A stretch of DNA of 64,000 bases, from positions 1,240,001-1,304,000 of the forward strand of contig OZ059894.1 in assembly GCA_964057225.1 (NCBI GenBank), in the 5' to 3' direction. Below are positions 1 through 12,400 of the stretch, one piece after another (within the stretch, counting starts at the first letter, position 1; every line of letters starts with the position of its first letter). The position numbers and the translations under genes are program-made. Under the pieces are notes generated by a model. The model did not search any database and was not told where the DNA came from. It worked only from the letters and a program-made list of their open reading frames with translations. Origin of the DNA: Auanema rhodensis. Lineage: Eukaryota > Animalia > Nematoda.

Positions 1-176
1 GTTGAGTTTCCATGTACACTCAACATTGCTTCCAAAAACATTTTGACAAAAATTTTTTCAAAAAATTTCGATATAATTTAGCAAAAAGTAGATGTTTTTA
101 GATTCCTTTTTTCAAGGCGAAGACGATGGACAATGTTATTCAACGAAAAAATTAATTCTTCAGGGTGAAAATCGAG

Positions 177-198
177 GATATAAGTGTGAACTTATATC
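177..198. other. Inverted repeat 2 (once per monomer): GATATAAGT-GTGA-ACTTATATC
   Basis: Perfect 9-bp arms at 177-185 and 190-198 with a 4-nt GTGA loop. Confidence 0.9.
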
Positions 199-208
199 AG
201 TTGATATC

Positions 209-275
209 TCGGTGCATTTTTAAGCTAGCGCAAATCTGATAACACAGATCGACGCAGCTTAAAAATCCGCATCGA
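209..275. other. Inverted repeat 3 (once per monomer): long imperfect hairpin
   Basis: Nested pairings: TCGGTGC(209-215)/GCATCGA(269-275, one G.T), ATTTTTAAGCT(216-226)/AGCTTAAAAAT(256-266), GCG(228-230)/CGC(253-255), ATCTG(234-238)/CAGAT(245-249), with loop ATAACA. Confidence 0.85.
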
Positions 276-349
276 ATGCACTATACTACATTGAGAAACG
301 CTTAATACAAAAATTAGTTATGATCGTTTGAAAAATGATGCATTAGTGT

Positions 350-377
350 ATGTTGAGTTTCCATGTACACTCAACAT
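350..377. other. Inverted repeat 1 (present once per monomer): ATGTTGAGT-N10-ACTCAACAT
   Basis: Perfect 9-bp arms at 350-358 and 369-377, separated by the spacer TTCCATGTAC. Confidence 0.9.
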
Positions 378-383
378 TGCTTC

Positions 384-438
384 CAAAAACATTTTGACAA
401 AAATTTTTTCAAAAAATTTCAAAATAATTTAGCAAAAA
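384..438. repeat. Internal A/T-tract subrepeat (monomer pos 33-87; shown for monomer 2)
   Basis: CAAAAACATTTTGA-CAAAAATTTTTT-CAAAAAATTT-CAAAATAATTTAG-CAAAAA: five CAAAA(A) starts spaced 14, 12, 10 and 13 bp apart. Confidence 0.75.
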
Positions 439-3400
439 GTAGATGTTTTTACATTCCTTTTTTCAAGGCAAAGACGATCGACAATGTTTTTCAACGAAAA
501 AATTAATTCTTCAGGGTGAAAATCGAGGATATAAGTGTGAACTTATATCAGTTGATATCTCGGTGCATTTTTAAGCTAGCGCAAATCTGATAACACAGAT
601 CGACGCAGCTTAAAAATCCGCATCGAATGCACTATACTACATTGAGAAACGCTTAATACAAAAATTAGTTATGATCGTTTGAAAAATGATGCATTAGTGT
701 ATGTTGAGTTTCCATGTACACTCAACATTGCTTCCAAAAACATTTTGACAAAAATTTTTTCAAAAAATTTCAAAATAATTTAGCAAAAAGTAGATGTTTT
801 TAGATTCCTTTTTTCAAGGCAAAGACGATGGACAATGTTATTCAACGAAAAAATTAATTCTTCAGGGTGAAAATCGAGGATATAAGTGTGAACTTATATC
901 AGTTGATATCTCGGTGCATTTTTAAGCTAGCGCAAATCTGATAACACAGATCGACGCAGCTTAAAAATCCGCATCGAATGCACTATACTACATTGAGAAA
1001 CGCTTTATACAAAAATTAGTTATGATCGTTTGAAAAATGATGCATTAGTGTATGTTGAGTTTCCATGTACACTCAACATTGCTTCCAAAAACATTTTGAC
1101 AAAAATTTTTTCAAAAAATTTCAAAATAATTTAGCAAAAAGTAGATGTTTTTACATTCCTTTTTTCAAGGCAAAGACGATCGACAATGTTTTTCAACGAA
1201 AAAATTAATTCTTCAGGGTGAAAATCGAGGATATAAGTGTGAACTTATATCAGTTGATATCTCGGTGCATTTTTAAGCTAGCGCAAATCTGATAACACAG
1301 ATCGACGCAGCTTAAAAATCCGCATCGAATGCACTATACTACATTGAGAAACGCTTAATACAAAAATTAGTTATGATCGTTTGAAAAATGATGCATTAGT
1401 GTATGTTGAGTTTCCATGTACACTCAACATTGCTTCCAAAAACATTTTGACAAAAATTTTTTCAAAAAATTTGAGAATAATTTAGCAAAAAGTAGATGTT
1501 TTTAGATTCCTTTTTTCAAGGCAAAGACGATGGACAATGTTATTCAACGAAAAAATTAATTCTTCAGGGTGAAAATCGAGGATATAAGTGTGAACATATA
1601 TCAGTTGATATCTCGGTGCATTTTTAAGCTAGCGCAAATCTGATAACACAGATCGACGCAGCTTAAAAATCCGCATCGAATGCACTATACTACATTGAGA
1701 AACGCTTAATACAAAAATTAGTTATGATCGTTTGAAAAATGATGCATTAGTGTATGTTGAGTTTCCATGTACACTCAACATTGCTTCCAAAAACATTTTG
1801 ACAAAACTTTTTTCGAAAAATTTCAAAATAATTTAGCAAAAAGTAGATGTTTTTAGATTCCTTTTTTCAAGGCAAAGACGATGGACAATCTTATTCAACG
1901 AAAAAATTAATTCTTCAGGGTGAAAATCGAGGATATAAGTGTGAACTTATATCAGTTGATATCTCGGTGCATTTTTAAGCTAGCGCAAATCTGATAACAC
2001 GGATCGACGCAGCTTAAAAATCCGCATCGAATGCACTATACTACATTGAGAAACGCTTAATACAAAAATTAATTATGATCGTTTGAAAAATGATGCATTA
2101 GTGTATGTTGAGTTTCCATGTACACTCAACATTGCTTCCAAAAACATTTTGACAAAAATTTTTTCGAAAAATTTCAAAATAATTTAGCAAAAAGTAGATG
2201 TTTTAAGATTCCTTTTTTCAAGGCAAAGACGATGGACAATGTTTTTCAACGAAAAAATTAATTCTTCAGGGTGAAAATCGAGGATATAAGTGTGAACTTA
2301 TATCAGTTGATATCTCGGTGCATTTTTAAGCTAGCGCAAATCTGATAACACAGATCGACGCAGCTTAAAAATCCGCATTGAATGCACTATACTACATTGA
2401 GAAACGCTTTATACAAAAATTAGTTATGATCGTTTGAAAAATGATGCATTAGTGTATGTTGAGTTTCCATGTACACTCAACATTGCTTCCAAAAACATTT
2501 TGACAAAAATTTTTTCGAAAAATTTCAAAATAATTTAGCAAAAAGTAGATGTTTTTAGATTCCTTTTTTCAAGGCAAAGACGATGGACAATGTTTTTCAA
2601 CGAAAAAATTAATTCTTCAGGGTGAAAATCGAGGATATAAGTGTGAACTTATATCAGTTGATATCTCGGTGCATTTTTAAGCTAGCGCAAATCTGATAAC
2701 ACAGATCGACGCAGCTTAAAAATCCGCATTGAATGCACTATACTACATTGAGAAACGCTTTATACAAAAATTAGTTATGATCGTTTGAAAAATGATGCAT
2801 TAGTGTATGTTGAGTTTCCATGTACACTCAACATTGCTTCCAAAAACATTTTGACAAAAATTTTTTCAAAAAATTTCAAAATAATTTAGCAAAAAGTAGA
2901 TGTTTTTAGATTCCTTTTTCCAAGGCAAAGACGATGGACAATGTTATTCATCGAAAAAATTAATTCTTCAGGGTGAAAATCGAGGATATAAGTGTGGACT
3001 TATATCAGTTGATATCTCGGTGCATTTTTAAGCTAGCGCAAATCTGATAACACAGATCGACGCAGCTTAAAAATCCGCATCGAATGCACTACATTACATT
3101 GAGAAACGCTTAATACAAAAATTAGTTATGATCGTTTGAAAAATGATGCATTAGTGTATGTTGAGTTTCCATGTACACTCAACATTGCTTCCAAAAACAT
3201 TTTGACAAAAATTTTTTCAAAAAATTTCGATATAATTTAGCAAAAAGTAGATGTTTTTAGATTCCTTTTTTCAAGGCGAAGACGATGGACAATGTTATTC
3301 AACGAAAAAATTAATTCTTCAGGGTGAAAATCGAGGATATAAGTGTGAACTTATATCAGTTGATATCTCGGTGCATTTTTAAGCTAGCGCAAATCTGATA

Positions 3401-6400
3401 ACACAGATCGACGCAGCTTAAAAATCCGCATCGAATGCACTATACTACATTGAGAAACGCTTAATACAAAAATTAGTTATGATCGTTTGAAAAATGATGC
3501 ATTAGTGTATGTTGAGTTTCCATGTATACTCAACATTGCTTCCAAAAACATTTTGACAAAAATTTTTTCAAAAAATTTCAAAATAATTTAGCAAAAAGTA
3601 GATGTTTTTAGATTCCTTTTTTCAAGGCAAAGACGATCGACAATGTTTTTCAACGAAAAAATTAATTCTTCAGGGTGAAAATCGAGGATATAAGTGTGAA
3701 CTTATATCAGTTGATATCTCGGTGCATTTTTAAGCTAGCGCAAATCTGATAACACAGATCGACGCAGCTTAAAAATCCGCATCGAATGCACTATACTACA
3801 TTGAGAAACGCTTAATACAAAAATTAGTTATGATCGTTTGAAAAATGATGCATTAGTGTATGTTGAGTTTCCATGTACACTCAACATTGCTTCCAAAAAC
3901 ATTTTGACAAAAATTTTTTCAAAAAATTTCAAAATAATTTAGCAAAAAGTAGATGTTTTTAGATTCCTTTTTTCAAGGCAAAGACGATGGACAATGTTAT
4001 TCAACGAAAAAATTAATTCTTCAGGGTGAAAATCGAGGATATAAGTGTGAACTTATATCAGTTGATATCTCGGTGCATTTTTAAGCTAGCGCAAATCTGA
4101 TAACACAGATCGACGCAGCTTAAAAATCCGCACCGAATGCACTATATTACATTGAGAAACGCTTAATACAAAAATTAGTTATGATCGTTTGAAAAATGAT
4201 GCATTAGTGTATGTTGAGTTTCCATGTACACTCAACATTGCTTCCAAAAACATTTTGACAAAAATTTTTTCAAAAAATTTCAAAATAATTTAGCAAAAAG
4301 TAGATGTTTTTAGATTCCTTTTTCCAAGGCAAAGACGATGGACAATGTTATTCAACGAAAAAATTAATTCTTCAGGGTGAAAATCGAGGATATAAGTGTG
4401 AACTTATATCAGTTGATATCTCGGTGCATTTTTAAGCTAGCGCAAATCTGATAACACAGATCGACGCAGCTTAAAAATCCGCATCGAATGCACTATACTA
4501 CATTGAGAAACGCTTAATACAAAAATTAGTTATGATCGTTTGAAAAATGATGCATTAGTGTATGTTGAGTTTCCATGTACACTCAACATTGCTTCCAAAA
4601 ACATTTTGACAAAAATTTTTTCGAAAAATTTCAAAATAATTTAGCAAAAAGTAGATGTTTTTAGATTCCTTTTTTCAAGGCAAAGACGATGGACAATGTT
4701 ATTCAACGAAAAAATTAATTCTTCAGGGTGAAAATCGAGGATATAAGTGTGAACTTATATCAGTTGATATCTCGGTGCATTTTTAAGCTAGCGCAAATCT
4801 GATAACACAGATCGACGCAGCTTAAAAATCCGCATCGAATGCACTATACTACATTGAGAAACGCTTAATACAAAAATTAGTTATGATCGTTTGAAAAATG
4901 ATGCATTAGTGTATGTTGAGTTTCCATGTACACTCAACATTGCTTCCAAAAACATTTTGACAAAACTTTTTTCGAAAAATTTCAAAATAATTTAGCAAAA
5001 AGTAGATGTTTTTAGATTCCTTTTTTCAAGGCAAAGACGATGGACAATGTTATTCAACGAAAAAATTAATTCTTCAGGGTGAAAATCGAGGATATAAGTG
5101 TGAACTTATATCAGTTGATATCTCGGTGCATTTTTAAGCTAGCGCAAATCTGATAACACAGATCGACGCAGCTTAAAAATCCGCATCGAATGCACTACAT
5201 TACATTGAGAAACGCTTAATACAAAAATTAGTTATGATCGTTTGAAAAATGATGCATTAGTGTATGTTGAGTTTCCATGTACACTCAACATTGCTTCCAA
5301 AAACATTTTGACAAAAATTTTTTCAAAAAATTTCGATATAATTTGACAAAAAGTAGATGTTTTTAGATTCCTTTTTTCAAGGCGAAGACGATGGACAATG
5401 TTATTCAACGAAAAAATTAATTCTTCAGGGTGAAAATCGAGGATATAAGTGTGAACTTATATCAGTTGATATCTCGGTGCATTTTTAAGCTAGCGCAAAT
5501 CTGATAACACAGATCGACGCAGCTTAAAAATCCGCATCGAATGCACTATACTACATTGAGAAACGCTTAATACAAAAATTAGTTATGATCGTTTGAAAAA
5601 TGATGCATTAGTGTATGTTGAGTTTCCATGTACACTCAACATTGCTTCCAAAAACATTTTGACAAAAATTTTTTCAAAAAATTTCAAAATAATTTAGCAA
5701 AAAGTAGATGTTTTTAGATTCCTTTTTCCAAGGCAAAGACGATCGACAATGTTTTTCAACGAAAAAATTAATTCTTCAGGGTGAAAATCGAGGATATAAG
5801 TGTGAACTTATATCAGTTGATATCTCGGTGCATTTTTAAGCTAGCGCAAATCTGATAACACAGATCGACGCAGCTTAAAAATCCGCATCGAATGCACTAT
5901 ACTACATTGAGAAACGCTTAATACAAAAATTAGTTATGATCGTTTGAAAAATGATGCATTAGTGTATGTTGAGTTTCCATGTACACTCAACATTGCTTCC
6001 AAAAACATTTTGACAAAAATTTTTTCGAAAAATTTCAAAATAATTTAGCAAAAAGTAGATGTTTTTAGATTCCTTTTTTCAAGGCAAAGACGATGGACAA
6101 TGTTATTCAACGAAAAAATTAATTCTTCAGGGTGAAAATCGAGGATATAAGTGTGAACTTATATCAGTTGATATCTCGGTGCATTTTTAAGCTAGCGCAA
6201 ATCTGATAACACAGATCGACGCAGCTTAAAAATCCGCATCGAATGCACTATACTACATTGAGAAACGCTTAATACAAAAATTAGTTATGATCGTTTGAAA
6301 AATGATGCATTAGTGTATGTTGAGTTTCCATGTACACTCAACATTGCTTCCAAAAACATTTTGACAAAACTTTTTTCGAAAAATTTCAAAATAATTTAGC

Positions 6401-9400
6401 AAAAAGTAGATGTTTTTAGATTCCTTTTTTCAAGGCAAAGACGATGGACAATGTTATTCAACGAAAAAATTAATTCTTCAGGGTGAAAATCGAGGATATA
6501 AGTGTGAACTTATATCAGTTGATATCTCGGTGCATTTTTAAGCTAGCGCAAATCTGATAACACAGATCGACGCAGCTTAAAAATCCGCATCGAATGCACT
6601 ACATTACATTGAGAAACGCTTAATACAAAAATTAGTTATGATCGTTTGAAAAATGATGCATTAGTGTATGTTGAGTTTCCATGTACACTCAACATTGCTT
6701 CCAAAAACATTTTGACAAAAATTTTTTCAAAAAATTTCGATATAATTTAGCAAAAAGTAGATGTTTTTAGATTCCTTTTTTCAAGGCGAAGACGATGGAC
6801 AATGTTATTCAACGAAAAAATTAATTCTTCAGGGTGAAAATCGAGGATATAAGTGTGAACTTATATCAGTTGATATCTCGGTGCATTTTTAAGCTAGCGC
6901 AAATCTGATAACACAGATCGACGCAGCTTAAAAATCCGCATCGAATGCACTATACTACATTGAGAAACGCTTAATACAAAAATTAGTTATGATCGTTTGA
7001 AAAATGATGCATTAGTGTATGTTGAGTTTCCATGTACACTCAACATTGCTTCCAAAAACATTTTGACAAAAATTTTTTCAAAAAATTTCAAAATAATTTA
7101 GCAAAAAGTAGATGTTTTTAGATTCCTTTTTTCAAGGCAAAGACGATCGACAATGTTTTTCAACGAAAAAATTAATTCTTCAGGGTGAAAATCGAGGATA
7201 TAAGTGTGAACTTATATCAGTTGATATCTCGGTGCATTTTTAAGCTAGCGCAAATCTGATAACACAGATCGACGCAGCTTAAAAATCCGCATCGAATGCA
7301 CTATACTACATTGAGAAACGCTTAATACAAAAATTAGTTATGATCGTTTGAAAAATGATGCATTAGTGTATGTTGAGTTTCCATGTACACTCAACATTGC
7401 TTCCAAAAACATTTTGACAAAAATTTTTTCAAAAAATTTCAAAATAATTTAGCAAAAAGTAGATGTTTTTAGATTCCTTTTTTCAAGGCAAAGACGATGG
7501 ACAATGTTATTCAACGAAAAAATTAATTCTTCAGGGTGAAAATCGAGGATATAAGTGTGAACTTATATCAGTTGATATCTCGGTGCATTTTTAAGCTAGC
7601 GCAAATCTGATAACACAGATCGACGCAGCTTAAAAATCCGCATCGAATGCACTACATTACATTGAGAAACGCTTAATACAAAAATTAGTTATGATCGTTT
7701 GAAAAATGATGCATTAGTGTATGTTGAGTTTCCATGTACACTCAACATTGCTTCCAAAAACATTTTGACAAAAATTTTTTCAAAAAATTTCGATATAATT
7801 TAGCAAAAAGTAGATGTTTTTAGATTCCTTTTTTCAAGGCGAAGACGATGGACAATGTTATTCAACGAAAAAATTAATTCTTCAGGGTGAAAATCGAGGA
7901 TATAAGTGTGAACTTATATCAGTTGATATCTCGGTGCATTTTTAAGCTAGCGCAAATCTGATAACACAGATCGACGCAGCTTAAAAATCCGCATCGAATG
8001 CACTATACTACATTGAGAAACGCTTAATACAAAAATTAGTTATGATCGTTTGAAAAATGATGCATTAGTGTATGTTGAGTTTCCATGTATACTCAACATT
8101 GCTTCCAAAAACATTTTGACAAAAATTTTTTCAAAAAATTTCAAAATAATTTAGCAAAAAGTAGATGTTTTTAGATTCCTTTTTTCAAGGCAAAGACGAT
8201 CGACAATGTTTTTCAACGAAAAAATTAATTCTTCAGGGTGAAAATCGAGGATATAAGTGTGAACTTATATCAGTTGATATCTCGGTGCATTTTTAAGCTA
8301 GCGCAAATCTGATAACACAGATCGACGCAGCTTAAAAATCCGCATCGAATGCACTATACTACATTGAGAAACGCTTAATACAAAAATTAGTTATGATCGT
8401 TTGAAAAATGATGCATTAGTGTATGTTGAGTTTCCATGTACACTCAACATTGCTTCCAAAAACATTTTGACAAAAATTTTTTCAAAAAATTTCAAAATAA
8501 TTTAGCAAAAAGTAGATGTTTTTAGATTCCTTTTTTCAAGGCAAAGACGATGGACAATGTTATTCAACGAAAAAATTAATTCTTCAGGGTGAAAATCGAG
8601 GATATAAGTGTGAACTTATATCAGTTGATATCTCGGTGCATTTTTAAGCTAGCGCAAATCTGATAACACAGATCGACGCAGCTTAAAAATCCGCATCGAA
8701 TGCACTACATTACATTGAGAAACGCTTAATACAAAAATTAGTTATGATCGTTTGAAAAATGATGCATTAGTGTATGTTGAGTTTCCATGTACACTCAACA
8801 TTGCTTCCAAAAACATTTTGACAAAAATTTTTTCAAAAAATTTCGATATAATTTAGCAAAAAGTAGATGTTTTTAGATTCCTTTTTTCAAGGCGAAGACG
8901 ATGGACAATGTTATTCAACGAAAAAATTAATTCTTCAGGGTGAAAATCGAGGATATAAGTGTGAACTTATATCAGTTGATATCTCGGTGCATTTTTAAGC
9001 TAGCGCAAATCTGATAACACAGATCGACGCAGCTTAAAAATCCGCATCGAATGCACTATACTACATTGAGAAACGCTTAATACAAAAATTAGTTATGATC
9101 GTTTGAAAAATGATGCATTAGTGTATGTTGAGTTTCCATGTACACTCAACATTGCTTCCAAAAACATTTTGACAAAAATTTTTTCAAAAAATTTCAAAAT
9201 AATTTAGCAAAAAGTAGATGTTTTTAGATTCCTTTTTTCAAGGCAAAGACGATCGACAATGTTTTTCAACGAAAAAATTAATTCTTCAGGGTGAAAATCG
9301 AGGATATAAGTGTGAACTTATATCAGTTGATATCTCGGTGCATTTTTAAGCTAGCGCAAATCTGATAACACAGATCGACGCAGCTTAAAAATCCGCATCG

Positions 9401-12400
9401 AATGCACTATACTACATTGAGAAACGCTTAATACAAAAATTAGTTATGATCGTTTGAAAAATGATGCATTAGTGTATGTTGAGTTTCCATGTACACTCAA
9501 CATTGCTTCCAAAAACATTTTGACAAAAATTTTTTCAAAAAATTTGAAAATAATTTAGCAAAAAGTAGATGTTTTTAGATTCCTTTTTTCAAGGCAAAGA
9601 CGATGGACAATGTTATTCAACGAAAAAATTAATTCTTCAGGGTGAAAATCGAGGATATAAGTGTGAACATATATCAGTTGATATCTCGGTGCATTTTTAA
9701 GCTAGCGCAAATCTGATAACACAGATCGACGCAGCTTAAAAATCCGCATCGAATGCACTACACTACATTGAGAAACGCTTAATACAAAAATTAGTTATGA
9801 TCGTTTGAAAAATGATGCATTAGTGTATGTTGAGTTTCCATGTACACTCAACATTGCTTCCAAAAACATTTTGACAAAACTTTTTTCGAAAAATTTCAAA
9901 ATAATTTAGCAAAAAGTAGATGTTTTTAGATTCCTTTTTTCAAGGCAAAGACGATCGACAATGTTTTTCAACGAAAAAATTAATTCTTCAGGGTGAAAAT
10001 CGAGGATATAAGTGTGAACTTATATCAGTTGATATCTCGGTGCATTTTTAAGCTAGCGCAAATCTGATAACACAGATCGACGCAGCTTAAAAATCCGCAT
10101 CGAATGCACTATACTACATTGAGAAACGCTTAATACAAAAATTAGTTATGATCGTTTGAAAAATGATGCATTAGTGTATGTTGAGTTTCCATGTACACTC
10201 AACATTGCTTCCAAAAACATTTTGACAAAAATTTTTTCAAAAAATTTCGATATAATTTAGCAAAAAGTAGATGTTTTTAGATTCCTTTTTTCAAGGCGAA
10301 GACGATGGACAATGTTATTCAACGAAAAAATTAATTCTTCAGGGTGAAAATCGAGGATATAAGTGTGAACTTATATCAGTTGATATCTCGGTGCATTTTT
10401 AAGCTAGCGCAAATCTGATAACACAGATCGACGCAGCTTAAAAATCCGCATCGAATGCACTATACTACATTGAGAAACGCTTAATACAAAAATTAGTTAT
10501 GATCGTTTGAAAAATGATGCATTAGTGTATGTTGAGTTTCCATGTACACTCAACATTGCTTCCAAAAACATTTTGACAAAAATTTTTTCAAAAAATTTCA
10601 AAATAATTTAGCAAAAAGTAGATGTTTTTAGATTCCTTTTTTCAAGGCAAAGACGATCGACAATGTTTTTCAACGAAAAAATTAATTCTTCAGGGTGAAA
10701 ATCGAGGATATAAGTGTGAACTTATATCAGTTGATATCTCGGTGCATTTTTAAGCTAGCGCAAATCTGATAACACAGATCGACGCAGCTTAAAAATCCGC
10801 ATCGAATGCACTATACTACATTGAGAAACGCTTAATACAAAAATTAGTTATGATCGTTTGAAAAATGATGCATTAGTGTATGTTGAGTTTCCATGTACAC
10901 TCAACATTGCTTCCAAAAACATTTTGACAAAAATTTTTTCAAAAAATTTCAAAATAATTTAGCAAAAAGTAGATGTTTTTAGATTCCTTTTTTCAAGGCA
11001 AAGACGATGGACAATGTTATTCAACGAAAAAATTAATTCTTCAGGGTGAAAATCGAGGATATAAGTGTGAACTTATATCAGTTGATATCTCGGTGCATTT
11101 TTAAGCTAGCGCAAATCTGATAACACAGATCGACGCAGCTTAAAAATCCGCACCGAATGCACTATATTACATTGAGAAACGCTTAATACAAAAATTAGTT
11201 ATGATCGTTTGAAAAATGATGCATTAGTGTATGTTGAGTTTCCATGTACACTCAACATTGCTTCCAAAAACATTTTGACAAAAATTTTTTCAAAAAATTT
11301 GAAAATAATTTAGCAAAAAGTAGATGTTTTTAGATTCCTTTTTTCAAGGCAAAGACGATGGACAATGTTATTCAACGAAAAAATTAATTCTTCAGGGTGA
11401 AAATCGAGGATATAAGTGTGAACATATATCAGTTGATATCTCGGTGCATTTTTAAGCTAGCGCAAATCTGATAACACAGATCGACGCAGCTTAAAAATCC
11501 GCATCGAATGCACTACACTACATTGAGAAACGCTTAATACAAAAATTAGTTATGATCGTTTGAAAAATGATGCATTAGTGTATGTTGAGTTTCCATGTAC
11601 ACTCAACATTGCTTCCAAAAACATTTTGACAAAAATTTTTTCAAAAAATTTCAAAATAATTTAGCAAAAAGTAGATGTTTTTAGATTCCTTTTTTCAAGG
11701 CAAAGACGATGGACAATGTTATTCAACGAAAAAATTAATTCTTCAGGGTGAAAATCGAGGATATAAGTGTGAACTTATATCAGTTGATATCTCGGTGCAT
11801 TTTTAAGCTAGCGCAAATCTGATAACACAGATCGACGCAGCTTAAAAATCCGCATCGAATGCACTACATTACATTGAGAAACGCTTAATACAAAAATTAG
11901 TTATGATCGTTTGAAAAATGATGCATTAGTGTATGTTGAGTTTCCATGTACACTCAACATTGCTTCCAAAAACATTTTGACAAAAATTTTTTCAAAAAAT
12001 TTCGATATAATTTAGCAAAAAGTAGATGTTTTTAGATTCCTTTTTTCAAGGCGAAGACGATGGACAATGTTATTCAACGAAAAAATTAATTCTTCAGGGT
12101 GAAAATCGAGGATATAAGTGTGAACTTATATCAGTTGATATCTCGGTGCATTTTTAAGCTAGCGCAAATCTGATAACACAGATCGACGCAGCTTAAAAAT
12201 CCGCATCGAATGCACTATACTACATTGAGAAACGCTTAATACAAAAATTAGTTATGATCGTTTGAAAAATGATGCATTAGTGTATGTTGAGTTTCCATGT
12301 ACACTCAACATTGCTTCCAAAAACATTTTGACAAAAATTTTTTCAAAAAATTTCAAAATAATTTAGCAAAAAGTAGATGTTTTTAGATTCCTTTTTTCAA

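Noticed and set aside
132-148. CENP-B box-like motif on the minus strand (TTTCGTTGAATAACATT)
   Set aside because: It matches the TTCG half but lacks the essential CGGG, so it is likely chance in AT-rich DNA.
130-242. Hammerhead ribozyme as in newt, schistosome or cricket satellites (minus-strand CTGAAGA at 157-163; plus-strand CTGATAA at 236-242)
   Set aside because: The minus-strand motif lacks a pairable stem II and stem I, and GAAA is present only in some variants. The plus-strand motif deviates from CUGANGA and lies within a different stem. An Infernal/Rfam scan would settle it.
1-351. Monomer as an ancient dimer of ~175-bp halves
   Set aside because: No convincing similarity between the two halves by eye.
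1-351. 5S rRNA, tRNA, snRNA or spliced-leader tandem gene unit
   Set aside because: No recognisable 5S, cloverleaf, A/B-box or spliced-leader motif on either strand.
352-375. Integron attC-like cores (GTTGAGT = GTTRRRY, ACTCAAC = RYYYAAC)
   Set aside because: In attC order (RYYYAAC then GTTRRRY) they are ~330 bp apart, far beyond normal attC size. There are no cassette ORFs or integrase.
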